From Candidatus Hadarchaeota archaeon (GTDB taxonomy: Archaea > CAYQAE01 > CAYVLA01): 64,000 nucleotides of DNA. Shown here one piece after another: positions 37,298 to 47,840 of the stretch (its first letter is position 1; every line of letters begins with the position of its first letter). The stretch is taken from assembly GCA_964621445.1 (NCBI GenBank), contig CAZUNO010000002.1, forward strand, positions 32,001 through 96,000, read 5' to 3'. The notes under the pieces are model-generated. The model searched no databases. It was not told the DNA's origin and saw nothing but the letters and a program-made list of their open reading frames with translations. The translations under genes and the position numbers were made by a program.

Positions 37298-37999
37298 TCA
37301 TTTTCTACTCCAGGCAGCGTCTGGTCCCTCATCCACTATCTTTCCATCAACTATGACCAAACCTCTCTTGCAATGCTTAAGAAAGTTGGGATCATGGCTT
37401 ACCGTGATAATGGTTACCCCCAGGTCCTCGTTTACCCTTCCCAGCAGCTCGTAAACCCTTTCCGATGACCTCGAGTCCAGATTTCCGGTCGGCTCGTCCG
37501 CCAGAAGTATTTTTGGATTATTCGCCAGTGCCCGGGCTATGGCAATTCTCTGTTGTTCCCCACCGGATAGCTGATCAGGCTTATTTAAAGCCCTCTGCTT
37601 GAGCCCGATCAACCCAAGCAATTCGCTGGATCTACTGCTCCTGGACTGGCTATCCTTACCTGATAGGACCATGGGGAATTCGATGTTTTCAACCGCGGTT
37701 AGGGTTGGTATGAGATTATATGACTGGAATACAAATCCAATGGTGTGCAGTCTAAGATCCGATAACTCGTCATCGGAAAGCTGTGAGGTATCGCGTCCGA
37801 ATATCTCTACCAGTCCCGAATTTGGTCTATCCAGACAACCCAAAACGTTCAGAAGGGTCGTTTTTCCGGACCCGGAAGGGCCGGAGACTAACACGAAATC
37901 AGCTTCATCTACACTCAAGCTTACTTCTAGGAGCGCTTCCACCTCGATTTCGCCCGCTTTGTAGATTTTTCGCACTTTACGAGTCTCTACTGCCTTCAA
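37298..37999 (-). CDS. ABC ATPase of the LolD/MacB type
   Basis: GPSGSGKTT, IGFVFQSYNLIP.LTA.EN, LSGGEQQR, LADEPTGNLD. Confidence 0.93.
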   Translation of the reverse strand: MKAVETRKVRKIYKAGEIEVEALLEVSLSVDEADFVLVSGPSGSGKTTLLNVLGCLDRPNSGLVEIFGRDTSQLSDDELSDLRLHTIGFVFQSYNLIPTLTAVENIEFPMVLSGKDSQSRSSRSSELLGLIGLKQRALNKPDQLSGGEQQRIAIARALANNPKILLADEPTGNLDSRSSERVYELLGRVNEDLGVTIITVSHDPNFLKHCKRGLVIVDGKIVDEGPDAAWSRK

Positions 38000-38020
38000 T
38001 TTGGCCCCTCAGGGAGCTGG

Positions 38021-38050
38021 GAAACCCTTTAAAAGTATTCTGATAAATAT
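38021..38050. promoter_or_regulatory. Overlapping divergent promoters between the ABC ATPase and the permease operon
   Basis: Plus strand GAAACCC-TTTAAAA (38021-38034), ~22 nt before ATG 38056. Minus strand ATATTTATC (38042-38050) upstream of the GAGGGG RBS and TTG 37999. Confidence 0.5.
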
Positions 38051-38055
38051 TCCCC

Positions 38056-39207
38056 ATGGCCGAGGCCCAATCGATCTGGAAGATGGCCTTTAGGAACCTC
38101 TCGAATCAGAACAAGACCACTATACTAACAGTGGCGGCCATAGCAGTCTGTGTGATGACCTTTGTCTCCATCTTCTCAATCCTCGACGGCCTCCAGTTGT
38201 CCGTTGAGAAGGTAATTAGAGGCTTCTACGGGGAGGAAGGTAGAAGTGCATATGTACTTCCCGCTTCGGATGAAATCGAACAGGGACTTATACCCCGTGC
38301 GGTGGCCGAGGAATATAGAGGACTTGATGATGTATACGGCCTTTCCGAGGAGGATGTGGTGAATTCTTACTACCAGGGAAGAGAGGTGGACCTTCTCGGA
38401 GTTAATCTGGATGACCTTGACGCCACCCACGGATTCCAGGGAATTGATGGCAGGAGCATGGAGAAGGGACCGGAATGCATGGTGGGCTCCACGGCCGCCG
38501 AAATACTTGGCATAGATGTCGACCAAGAGATATCATTGGAACTGGATGACAGCACCGTCGACCTTTTGGTTACGGGAATATACGAGGCCAAGACGTCCCT
38601 CAATGCGAATATCCTGGTGAATAACGAATTCCTTTCCTCCAGAATTCCCCGGTTTAAGGTCAATACCTCCATGCTGCGTATTAAGCTCAAGACGGGAAAC
38701 CTGGAATCGGTAGCCGAATTCACCGAGGAAAACCACCCCGAACTCAGAATCAAGGAATCTGTTCAGGTGAGCAAGTTCTTCCAGAAATCCATCATAAACA
38801 TCTCCCGCCTTCTCAGCACCATCATTATTTTCGTTATACTGCTGATGGTCCTTGGTATATACAATTCAATGAACATGGTGGTTTCGGAGCGAAAAAGGGA
38901 AATTGGGATAATAAGGGCTATGGGAGCCAGGAGGTCCTTCATAGTCAAACTGTTCATGGCCGAAAGTACTATGCTTTCACTTCTAGGGGGCTTATTCGGG
39001 GTCGGGTTGGGAATAGCCATGTCGCATGGAATCACATCGATCTTTTCCATCTTCGTTGCCGGTTCCTCATCTGTCGCTCCCCTCACCAAGCTCACCACCA
39101 TTGGCTGGGCCATGTTTGCCTCCCTGTCGATAGGGCTAATTGGAGGAATTTCCCCGGCAAGTAATGCCTCCAAGGTGGAAATCTCAAGAGCCCTCACGGA
39201 GGTGTGA
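38056..39207 (+). CDS. FtsX/LolE-type ABC permease with a MacB-like extracellular domain
   Basis: MAFRNL...TILT.AAIA, ECMVGSTAA..LG, VSERKREIGIIRAMGA, PASNASK. Confidence 0.92.
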   Translation: MAEAQSIWKMAFRNLSNQNKTTILTVAAIAVCVMTFVSIFSILDGLQLSVEKVIRGFYGEEGRSAYVLPASDEIEQGLIPRAVAEEYRGLDDVYGLSEEDVVNSYYQGREVDLLGVNLDDLDATHGFQGIDGRSMEKGPECMVGSTAAEILGIDVDQEISLELDDSTVDLLVTGIYEAKTSLNANILVNNEFLSSRIPRFKVNTSMLRIKLKTGNLESVAEFTEENHPELRIKESVQVSKFFQKSIINISRLLSTIIIFVILLMVLGIYNSMNMVVSERKREIGIIRAMGARRSFIVKLFMAESTMLSLLGGLFGVGLGIAMSHGITSIFSIFVAGSSSVAPLTKLTTIGWAMFASLSIGLIGGISPASNASKVEISRALTEV

Positions 39208-42200
39208 ACATAGAGAGCCGTCTTCTCCATGCCATGAAGATATTTCCTCGTCACAGAATGTGGCTATCCTTAGCCGGGATAATGGTATGCGCCATTCTCT
39301 TCTTCGGGGTGCTCTCCGTGGTTCACTGGCTTAGCTATTCCTCAACCTCCTACTTCGGAGAGCAAGAGGGCATATACGTACTGGCGCAGGAGGAGGCGGC
39401 CACCGTCAAACAATCACAAGTTCCCCTCGCCCTGGCTCCGGCACTAACCAGGATGAATGGAATCCAGGTGGTTTGCCCCGAACTCTTCATATATGGGGTG
39501 TTAAATGATAAGGCTGTCATAATCCGTGGGATATTCCCATCGGATTTCCAATCACTTGAACCGGTCACCCTGATTCAAGGGCGGTGGCTCAGGGACGACG
39601 ATATCAAGGCCGCCGTGGCTGGCCAGAATCTAGCCCGAAAACTGGATCTGAAGGTGAACGATACCTACCTGCTTTCAGGATCCGAGGTTGATGACTTCGT
39701 CAGGATCAGGATCGTGGGCATCTTCAAGGGAGGGGGAATGATTGATGACGACCTACTCATGAACATACACTACGCCAGGTATCTCCAACAGGAAACACAA
39801 CCCGGTTATGCCTCAATAATCCGGGCCAAGGTCAACACCACCATCTGGCCCAGCGTAGAAAGCATCTGGCAATCGGTCAGCGGACTTCCCAATATAACGC
39901 CGCTCCAATATGAACCAACTGCTCCCAACAACACCCAGAGACTGCATTTCACCTGCAATGCCACAGCTCATACCGAAGTGGGCTCGGTCATACTCTACTA
40001 CAAAAAGCAGGGTCTCCATCGCACAATCCAAAAGACCATGATAAAGGGAAATTCAAGTCAGTTTAGGACCCAGATCGGCCCTGTGAAGGACTCCTCATGG
40101 GTACTTTGTTGGGCCAACGCCACTGATATTTTGGGCCACGATCGACGGACGCCTGAGGTTAACATCTCAATAACAGATGCCCTGGGACCGGACATATTCG
40201 ATCTGACAATTGAACCGCCCCCGCCCCAGACAAAGGATCACCTGGTAAACGTCTCCTTCAAGGTATTCGATACAAGCGAAATGGTCAGGAACGTAACCGT
40301 CCACACATATAATGTTGGACTTAATCGTACATTCCACGGAAAGGACTCCACGGGGCGGGCTTACGAGCTAACCCTGGGAAGGTTTGAACCGGGACCATTG
40401 ACCCTTTGGATATCCGCCCGGGATAGATTCGGCAATCTGGCACGAACGGCTCGATACAGGTACAGGATCCTCAATAGGACCGATCAATCCCCTCCCGAAA
40501 TAGGTGAGATGGTATTCGAGCCTGACCCCCCGAATGACAACTCCACCCTGACCGTGAACGTTCCAATGTTCGATGACTCAGAGATCGTTACCGCCGACCT
40601 TATCTATGACTATCAGGTCAAGGGCATTCACTACAATGGGACCCTTAAGATGAATAGAAGCCAGGCCCAGGAGGGCCTTTGGGAAGCGGTAACCGGTTCC
40701 TTTCCGGGTGCCACAACGATTCATTTCAGGATATTCGCCAGGGACCAATTCGGGAACGCCGTATACTCGGAGACCAGGGATGTATTCGTGAGATACTCGG
40801 AGCCACCGGAGGAGCTCCAGGTCTACAGATTCCCCCAATATTCCACTCCCGGCCTCAATAATCTGGTATTCGCCGTTCTCTACGACGCGGCGGAGATCCA
40901 GGAGGTCAACTTCACCTTCGTGGAAGCGGGTAGATGGACCAACCTCTCCATACCCGTGGGGATAACTACCTTTAGGGAACCCTTTCTCCTGGGGCGCCTA
41001 TCAACCGGGTTCAAGGAATATAATCTCTCCATGGAGGACAGGCGGGAAGAGGTGACCAGATATCCAGGACAGGGACTGGAAGGGTTCCTTGTTCAGCGAA
41101 AAAGACCCCACATAGAGGATATACAGTATTCCTCGACTGTAAGGAAGGGCTTTCCCCTAATGGTGACCTTCAGGGCAGTCGGCGTCTTCCCACTAAGCGA
41201 GGTATATACCACCGACTCCAGAGGGGTAGTGGAAAAATGCGAAAGGATTGAGGGTGAATATACCGCGATCCTGGGTCCATACTCCAAGCCGGGTGACTAC
41301 TCCTTCAGTATAACTACCCAGGACTGGGCGGGCAATACACGGACCATTGAAGACCGGGAATTCACCGTAGAGGAGGAATCGATAACCGATATCGACTTCA
41401 CGCCAAAACCGCCCATTCTGGGAGAGGAGCTAACCGTGACCTGTAGGGTGATCGGGGACTCTCCCCGCAAGAAGGTCCGGCTCATAGCACCTGTGGGCGG
41501 CAAGTACGTGTTGACTCCAATGGAATTGGAGGAGGGGAGGAGATTCGCGTCCATACCCATCGATAGCCCTGGTATTCTACCCTTCTCGGTACAGGTCGAG
41601 GATGGAGAGGATCTGATACGCTCAAAAACCGTACGGCTTAACGTCGGTTCCAACCACTCATCATTGTACCTGGCTCACAGCCCACCCCATCCTCTGAGTA
41701 CCCAGAATATAACAATCTCCATCTTTGCCAGGTCGGGTCATAACCTGAAATCGCTGGAACTGGAATGGAAAAATGGATCCCACGAGATTCCACATCGCAA
41801 GGTCTGGAGGCTAGAGGGGACGGAAACGAGATTAGACTTCAAACCGGGAAGGCAAATAGAGGGGACCCTTCTTTACAGGGCAATTCTTACCACTGAAATG
41901 GGTAGCCTTACCTATCCCCTGACGGAGGACGAGTGGCTCGGGATCTCCATCACCAAAAACCTGTTTACCCCCCCGGAAATTGGAAGATTATCCCTATCCC
42001 CCCAGACTTACGTGGGACTGGATGGGAACAGGGGACAGGATTTCCTTGTTGAGGTCGGTTGCCCAATTTCCTTTGACCAGGGTATATCCTCGGTTGAGAT
42101 AGATTACGTGGTAGACCAGAGAACCTATAACGAGCCACTCCTACCGGTTTCCCGGAAATACGGGCTCTCCTCAAGGTTTTATTCAGCCTATCTCGGTCCC

Positions 42201-45200
42201 TTCCCCACCAACGAGACCATAAGTTGTCAGGTCACTGCCAGAAGCATCTCGGGATTGGAATCCTCCACCCCGGAGGTGAGCTATGTCCTCCGGGATACGG
42301 AACCTCCGGAGATACAGGATATATATCACGACCCCCTACACCCTGAACCCAAAAAGGAAATAACCATTGGGTGCGAGGTAACCGATGACTCGGGTGTCAA
42401 GGACGTTTTGCTGCTGTACGGCGGCAATGGCACCCAAAATGCAGAGCGCATGATGCGGTACGGAAATACCTACACTCTGGACCTTCTCTCCCCGCCCGCG
42501 GGCGAATCCCTCACCTATGCAATACAGGCCACGGATAACTACGGCAACAGCAACCAGTCCTTGCCGGGTACCGTTACCTCTAGGGACGAAACCCCACCCG
42601 ATATATGGGAGGTCACCCATGACCCGCTGGAACCAACGGATAATGACAGCGTCAACATAACCGTCCGACTCATCGATCGGCAGGATGAAATCGAAAACGT
42701 GACCCTACTCTGGTACCAGTACACCTGGAAGAACCAGACCAAGAAGGGGGGCAGCGGGTACATTACCAGGGTATTCCAGATCGATGCCTCTGAGTTTGAC
42801 CCGGGAATGAACGTACGGTACAAGATCGAGGCCTTTGACCGTTCGGGAAACAAGGCGGTCTACCCCAACGTAGAGCAGGGAGAAACGCCTCCTTCTCCAC
42901 TTCTCTATGGCGATAATCCTAATTCCCTGAGACAGGAAGCATGGGAACCCTATCTCACCTTCCGGGTTGTCGACAGATCCCCTCCCGTTCTCACCCTTGA
43001 TGCCCAGCCCGAAAGTCCAAATGAACTTGAAACCGTTACCTTCGAGGTGTCAGCGGAGGACAATCACCTTCTCAGGAACTACACGCTTCACCTATGGGTG
43101 TCAGGGGTTTACAGGCCTTTCAGCGAGCAGGTAGGTCGTCCTAGCTTCAGGGACGAGTTCTCCTCCGGTCCCCTAGAACCGGCATCCACCATAGTTTGCT
43201 ATCTTGAGGCATACGACAGGTCCGGTAATTATGCCCGGTTTCCGGCTCGCTCCAACCTTACCATAGATGTGGAGAGGTTCGAATGGGGAGGCGAGATGGC
43301 CGCCGTCGATCCCAGGGTTGACCTTGAAGTCGCCGGCCCGGCCGGTTTTTCTCAGGGAATGGCCAGACAGGGAGCGGGAAAGATAATCGCCAGCATAAAT
43401 GGCATCCTTTTCATGACCTTTCTGGCCACCGTGGCCGGCATCGGCAATATAGTCTACACCTCGGTTTTCAAATCGAAGAGGGAAATAGGCCTGGTCCGAA
43501 CATTAGGGGGGAGCAAGAAATTCGTCACCCTTCTGGTGGCCTCGGTTACCGTCCTGCTGGGCCTGACCGCTGCCTTGATCGGGTGTGTAATTGCCTACCT
43601 GCTGATAACGGTGTTTTCTAACCTAGGAGCCTCCCTTGCCTGGGTCACCTTGAAGCCCACATTCAATATCCTTATTCTGGCAGCGACTTCAGCGGCCGCG
43701 GTGACCATTAGCCTCTTCGGTGGAATGGTAGCCCTTACCAGGCTTTTTTCATATACCCCTGTGGAATCGATAAGGACGGTGACCGCGCCCCAAGCGAAGA
43801 GGGAGCATCCAACCTACATCGAGAATACAAGGCGTTTCCCCGCAAAGACCATCGCCGTTTTACTCCTCATCACCATTAGTGCCGCTGCCATGATGCGCCT
43901 ATATCCTACATATATCTCCGAGCAGCCCTTCGATCCCGATTCCTGGTTGCACCTAACCGCTGCATCCGATATGCGGGAGACCGGCCATCTGAGACTCGAT
44001 TACGCTTCCCGGGAAATGCAGGCGGTCAGCGCCCTCCCTGGCCTCAACATCCTGCTGGTCGTATCCCAGGTATTGACCGGGAGCGAGATGATCCCAGCGA
44101 GGATCATAACCCCCATCATATCATCACTTGGCTTGATCCTGGCCTTTGTACTGGCCAGGAAACTCTCCAGGAGCGATATCGTGGCAGGAATGACCGCGAT
44201 CATACTGGCAGTGGTTGGCTTTTATGCCAACCGAACGGCAGCGCTTACCAAGGAGGCCCTCGCACTCCAGATGCTCCTACTCTGCCTCTACATGTTATAC
44301 CTAAGCCACATCTCCAGAAGCACCAAGCACAAGACTCTGCTAGTTGCCATTTCCGTTGCCCTGATGCTGACCCATCACCTAACGGCCATCTATTTCATGC
44401 TGATTTTTGTGGGATACATCTTTCTGAGAATCTTCCACAAGTATTCCCAGGGTGTCATCGACCCCCTGGAGGTCAAGCAGGATGCCCTAACCGGTCTTGG
44501 GGTCCTAACCAGCTATCTTATCATCAGCTTCACCCTGGGCAAGTACGAAACTCCGATACCATTCCAGGACTCCCTTCTGATAATATCCCTGTTCTTCGTG
44601 ACCATCGGATTCGGAAGAATTTTGCTTTCGTCATCATTCTTGGGCCAGCACCGGAGATCTATATCCCTGGTCGCAGCCCTGGGTACGGTTACCTTCCCCT
44701 TCATCGCCTACCGCGCCGGGCTCTTCTCCTACGCACCATGGGAACAGGTCCTCCCCATGATAGCCCCCCACTTGTCCCTTCTGGCCATAGCGATCCTGGC
44801 CCTGTTCCCGGTCTCCCTGCTCTCAGAAAATCGAAAGTCCTTCATCTTGGCCTGGGCCTCTGCCGTGATTCCCTTCCTATTATTTGGACTTGTCAAAAGG
44901 GATATCTTCGGCTACATACTGCTCTTCAGGAACATCTCATACGGTTATCAACTATCGGCCATATTGGTAGGCATCGCCTTCGTCTATGCCTACAAGCGTT
45001 TCGAGGCCGGAGGTCAGGATGGAATCCGCACCGGGCTGGTTGCCATAGCCGCGGTGCTCCTCATGACCAACCTTCTATTCGCCTCCCACATGGGTTTTCT
45101 GTCCCGCCCTTATGAGAAGAAGGACCTATACACGACCACGGAGTTCAACGCGGCCTTGAAGGTGAACCAATCAACCCTAAGAGGTCAGCTGGTAGGGTCG

Positions 45201-45500
45201 GACGAACGTGGTCGCCGGCTTCTATTGTACGTAACTGGGGAGGATGGAGACCAGATCACGACCTACGTCTATATGATCAGGATGGAAAAATGGTTAATAA
45301 ACAGGCTTAACGAACAGGTCAACTTGACCGAGAAGCCGCTGACCCATATCCTCACCTATGACGAGATGTTTGAGGTCGGTTTCGTGGATCAGGTACTGTT
45401 CAAGGATGTGGAAAGGCTAGAGCTCAATCGATATGAGGACGTCATTCTGGACAACGGCGGTGAACACCTCATTTACGTGGCCAGGAAGGAATGGCCGTAG
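39204..45500 (+). CDS. 2098-aa fusion: TM + MacB head + ~11 Ig-like repeats + FtsX permease + GT-C-like membrane glycosyltransferase
   Basis: QGRWL...VAGQNLARKL; repeats D..PP.I...P..P...V.D...A.D..GN (~39890-43290); KREIGLVRTLGG (~43476); DPDSWLH...ETGH (~43932), KEALAL, LTHHLT and more than 10 further TM segments. Confidence 0.85.
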   Translation: MNIESRLLHAMKIFPRHRMWLSLAGIMVCAILFFGVLSVVHWLSYSSTSYFGEQEGIYVLAQEEAATVKQSQVPLALAPALTRMNGIQVVCPELFIYGVLNDKAVIIRGIFPSDFQSLEPVTLIQGRWLRDDDIKAAVAGQNLARKLDLKVNDTYLLSGSEVDDFVRIRIVGIFKGGGMIDDDLLMNIHYARYLQQETQPGYASIIRAKVNTTIWPSVESIWQSVSGLPNITPLQYEPTAPNNTQRLHFTCNATAHTEVGSVILYYKKQGLHRTIQKTMIKGNSSQFRTQIGPVKDSSWVLCWANATDILGHDRRTPEVNISITDALGPDIFDLTIEPPPPQTKDHLVNVSFKVFDTSEMVRNVTVHTYNVGLNRTFHGKDSTGRAYELTLGRFEPGPLTLWISARDRFGNLARTARYRYRILNRTDQSPPEIGEMVFEPDPPNDNSTLTVNVPMFDDSEIVTADLIYDYQVKGIHYNGTLKMNRSQAQEGLWEAVTGSFPGATTIHFRIFARDQFGNAVYSETRDVFVRYSEPPEELQVYRFPQYSTPGLNNLVFAVLYDAAEIQEVNFTFVEAGRWTNLSIPVGITTFREPFLLGRLSTGFKEYNLSMEDRREEVTRYPGQGLEGFLVQRKRPHIEDIQYSSTVRKGFPLMVTFRAVGVFPLSEVYTTDSRGVVEKCERIEGEYTAILGPYSKPGDYSFSITTQDWAGNTRTIEDREFTVEEESITDIDFTPKPPILGEELTVTCRVIGDSPRKKVRLIAPVGGKYVLTPMELEEGRRFASIPIDSPGILPFSVQVEDGEDLIRSKTVRLNVGSNHSSLYLAHSPPHPLSTQNITISIFARSGHNLKSLELEWKNGSHEIPHRKVWRLEGTETRLDFKPGRQIEGTLLYRAILTTEMGSLTYPLTEDEWLGISITKNLFTPPEIGRLSLSPQTYVGLDGNRGQDFLVEVGCPISFDQGISSVEIDYVVDQRTYNEPLLPVSRKYGLSSRFYSAYLGPFPTNETISCQVTARSISGLESSTPEVSYVLRDTEPPEIQDIYHDPLHPEPKKEITIGCEVTDDSGVKDVLLLYGGNGTQNAERMMRYGNTYTLDLLSPPAGESLTYAIQATDNYGNSNQSLPGTVTSRDETPPDIWEVTHDPLEPTDNDSVNITVRLIDRQDEIENVTLLWYQYTWKNQTKKGGSGYITRVFQIDASEFDPGMNVRYKIEAFDRSGNKAVYPNVEQGETPPSPLLYGDNPNSLRQEAWEPYLTFRVVDRSPPVLTLDAQPESPNELETVTFEVSAEDNHLLRNYTLHLWVSGVYRPFSEQVGRPSFRDEFSSGPLEPASTIVCYLEAYDRSGNYARFPARSNLTIDVERFEWGGEMAAVDPRVDLEVAGPAGFSQGMARQGAGKIIASINGILFMTFLATVAGIGNIVYTSVFKSKREIGLVRTLGGSKKFVTLLVASVTVLLGLTAALIGCVIAYLLITVFSNLGASLAWVTLKPTFNILILAATSAAAVTISLFGGMVALTRLFSYTPVESIRTVTAPQAKREHPTYIENTRRFPAKTIAVLLLITISAAAMMRLYPTYISEQPFDPDSWLHLTAASDMRETGHLRLDYASREMQAVSALPGLNILLVVSQVLTGSEMIPARIITPIISSLGLILAFVLARKLSRSDIVAGMTAIILAVVGFYANRTAALTKEALALQMLLLCLYMLYLSHISRSTKHKTLLVAISVALMLTHHLTAIYFMLIFVGYIFLRIFHKYSQGVIDPLEVKQDALTGLGVLTSYLIISFTLGKYETPIPFQDSLLIISLFFVTIGFGRILLSSSFLGQHRRSISLVAALGTVTFPFIAYRAGLFSYAPWEQVLPMIAPHLSLLAIAILALFPVSLLSENRKSFILAWASAVIPFLLFGLVKRDIFGYILLFRNISYGYQLSAILVGIAFVYAYKRFEAGGQDGIRTGLVAIAAVLLMTNLLFASHMGFLSRPYEKKDLYTTTEFNAALKVNQSTLRGQLVGSDERGRRLLLYVTGEDGDQITTYVYMIRMEKWLINRLNEQVNLTEKPLTHILTYDEMFEVGFVDQVLFKDVERLELNRYEDVILDNGGEHLIYVARKEWP

Positions 45501-46310
45501 GTGCTTGTCTTGGAGAGATCTTTGGCCATCAGAGTAGACATCGACACCATCAAGGGGCTCTTGGATGGGGTCCCCATTCTACTGGACATGTTCGACGACC
45601 TGGGAATCCAGGCCACGTTTTTCGGCTGTGTGGGGCCGGATAAGACCTCGAGAAGTTTCCTGCAAGCTCCGCGAATCGCCAGGCATGTTTCCGTAAATCC
45701 CCTGAAAAAATTCGGGCTCCGTGAAATCATGGGTTCCATTAAAGGCCTTGATTTCCGCAAGCATGACGGGGAACTGAGGGAGATCCAGGAAAGGGGCCAC
45801 GAACTACAGCTCCACGCCTTCGATCATCTGGATTGGATAAAAAGGGTGGAGAACCTTGACCTATCGGGGACCAGGTCACTTATCGAGAGGGGCATACGTA
45901 GCTTTGAGGCAATCACCGGCAGGAAACCCCGGGGTTTCGCATGTCCAGCCTTCAGGGTTACGGAGAATGTCCTGCTGGCTGAACAGGAGCTGGGATTCGA
46001 CTATGCAAGCGATTATCATGATCTTCTGAGGACTGTTCCCTTCAAGCCGCAGGAATCATCGGTTCTACAGATACCGGTGAACGCTCCTCTGATAGAAGAT
46101 ATGGTAGCAAAGGGTTTGAGCGATGCGCAAATACTATCCAGGCTCAAAAACATTGTAGATCAAACCCCGCTGACCGTGTTTTATCTACATCCCTGCTATG
46201 AGCCTCGGCTAAAAGGGGACCTACTGAGGGATTTCATAGAACAGGCCCTGGAAAAGGCCCGTCATGTGAAATTTTGGGAGGTGTGGAAAAGCTGGAGTCA
46301 TTGCGCATAG
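45501..46310 (+). CDS. ArnD-family lipid-linked amino-sugar deformylase/deacetylase
   Basis: IRVDIDT..G...GVP.LL, VGPD, HELQLHAFDH..W, QIPV..P and F.LH...E match the ArnD motif order (RIDVDT, VGPD, HEVGLHAWDH, QIPVTLP). Confidence 0.85.
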   Translation: MLVLERSLAIRVDIDTIKGLLDGVPILLDMFDDLGIQATFFGCVGPDKTSRSFLQAPRIARHVSVNPLKKFGLREIMGSIKGLDFRKHDGELREIQERGHELQLHAFDHLDWIKRVENLDLSGTRSLIERGIRSFEAITGRKPRGFACPAFRVTENVLLAEQELGFDYASDYHDLLRTVPFKPQESSVLQIPVNAPLIEDMVAKGLSDAQILSRLKNIVDQTPLTVFYLHPCYEPRLKGDLLRDFIEQALEKARHVKFWEVWKSWSHCA

Positions 46311-47464
46311 TGATGATCTACGAGCTGGGACCTAAGGACGACGGTTCATTTCTCGGTGGCATAGAGTCCCACATACTGGGTCTTGCCAAGGAGCTAGCTC
46401 ATGACCATCAGGTAACCATTCTAACCGGCGCCATACCGGGGGAGAGAGATAAAACTGATCTCGATGGGCTGAATGTCATTAGATCCGATATCATGGGAAT
46501 GGTTTCTCGATCCTGGAACCCCACCAACCTTACAACGAGGCGACAGATCTTCTCCACCCCCGCCTTTCTAAGGACGGGAATCGACCTGGATGCCGACATT
46601 TACCACGGACATATTTACACCTCGGGGATTTCAGCTCTGGGCCTGGCATCGCTTGGTTCCGGTGGTTCGGTTAACACCATACACGGGTCCTACTATGACC
46701 ACTGGGAATCAATTACCAACTCGAGCCTCAAACCCCATGCCTACAGAGTGGCCGAGAGATTATTGGCAACGTTCCTAGCTCGCAATTGCGATAGACAGAT
46801 ACACACGGCAACCGATTTCGCGGTTAAGGTCAGGCAGTGGGGGGCACCGCAAGAAAAGGTCCAGGTAATACTCAACGGGGTTGATACCGATAGATTCTCA
46901 CCTCAGGTAAATCCCCGCGAACAATCGGACATACCAATAGTGATGACGGTTCGTCGGTTGGTACCCAAGAACGGGGTCCACCATTTCATCCAGGCCTGCA
47001 GCCATTTGGAGAGGGAATCTAGATTCGTTATAGTTGGCGATGGTCCTTCCAGACCGGGTCTAGAGTCGCTGGCGAGGAGGATAGGGGTGGACGACCGGGT
47101 TGAATTCCGTGGCGCAATTCCCAACAACCAGATGCCAGGAATCATCGCCGGTGCCGACGTGTTAGTTATCCCCAGTTTGGTCGAGGCCTCCAGCATATCC
47201 CTATTGGAGGCAATGGCCATGGCAAAGCCAACGGTGGTCACCAACATACCGGGCATCGACGAGGTAGCAAGTCCGGAGAGAAGCATCATGGTTCCACCCG
47301 GGAACCCCGAGGCCATCGCAACGGGCATTGATCACCTTCTATCCGATAGGAAGAAAGCGAGGGAACTTGGAAGAAAAGGACGAGAATACGTGGTCGCTAA
47401 TCGATCCATCAAGAAGATGACGGAGAAAACAATGATCATCTACCGCCAGGCACTCGAGTCCTAG
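46301..47464 (+). CDS. GT4 glycosyltransferase
   Basis: GGIESHI, NGVDTDRF, RRLVPKNG, PSLVEASSISLLEAMA; TTG start with GGAG RBS. Confidence 0.92.
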   Translation: MRIVMIYELGPKDDGSFLGGIESHILGLAKELAHDHQVTILTGAIPGERDKTDLDGLNVIRSDIMGMVSRSWNPTNLTTRRQIFSTPAFLRTGIDLDADIYHGHIYTSGISALGLASLGSGGSVNTIHGSYYDHWESITNSSLKPHAYRVAERLLATFLARNCDRQIHTATDFAVKVRQWGAPQEKVQVILNGVDTDRFSPQVNPREQSDIPIVMTVRRLVPKNGVHHFIQACSHLERESRFVIVGDGPSRPGLESLARRIGVDDRVEFRGAIPNNQMPGIIAGADVLVIPSLVEASSISLLEAMAMAKPTVVTNIPGIDEVASPERSIMVPPGNPEAIATGIDHLLSDRKKARELGRKGREYVVANRSIKKMTEKTMIIYRQALES

Positions 47465-47838
47465 ACCCTGGACAGCAGGATCAAGGCCAGTATACCACAC
47501 CCGATCCCTGCCGCTATCCTCAGATCTACCTCCTCGCCCAGCAATACAACGCATAGAACCGCGAACAGGACGTTTCCCAGGACAATAACCAGGTTCAAGC
47601 CCAGTACGGCAGGTACATCGTTTGACAGGAAAGCCAGATCCACCGCCAAAACCACCAGGCCCATCAGAAGAACAAGGTAGACATATGGATTTCTAGCCAG
47701 GGAGAAAAGAAAGGATGGGCTCAGGACCTGGGATAGCGAGGTTTCGTCGAGCTTATCCGCTGCAACCTTGTGAAAAAAGAGATTAAGACCACTAAGCACT
47801 CCAGCAACTATGGCGAATAATAGGATCTTACCCTGCAA
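47461..47838 (-). CDS. EamA/SMR-like 4-TM protein (ArnE/ArnF-like flippase candidate)
   Basis: 125 aa, 4 TM helices, ending VLLGEEVDLRIAAGIGCGILALILL (EamA-type end). Confidence 0.7.
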   Translation of the reverse strand: MQGKILLFAIVAGVLSGLNLFFHKVAADKLDETSLSQVLSPSFLFSLARNPYVYLVLLMGLVVLAVDLAFLSNDVPAVLGLNLVIVLGNVLFAVLCVVLLGEEVDLRIAAGIGCGILALILLSRV

Positions 47839-47840
47839 GT

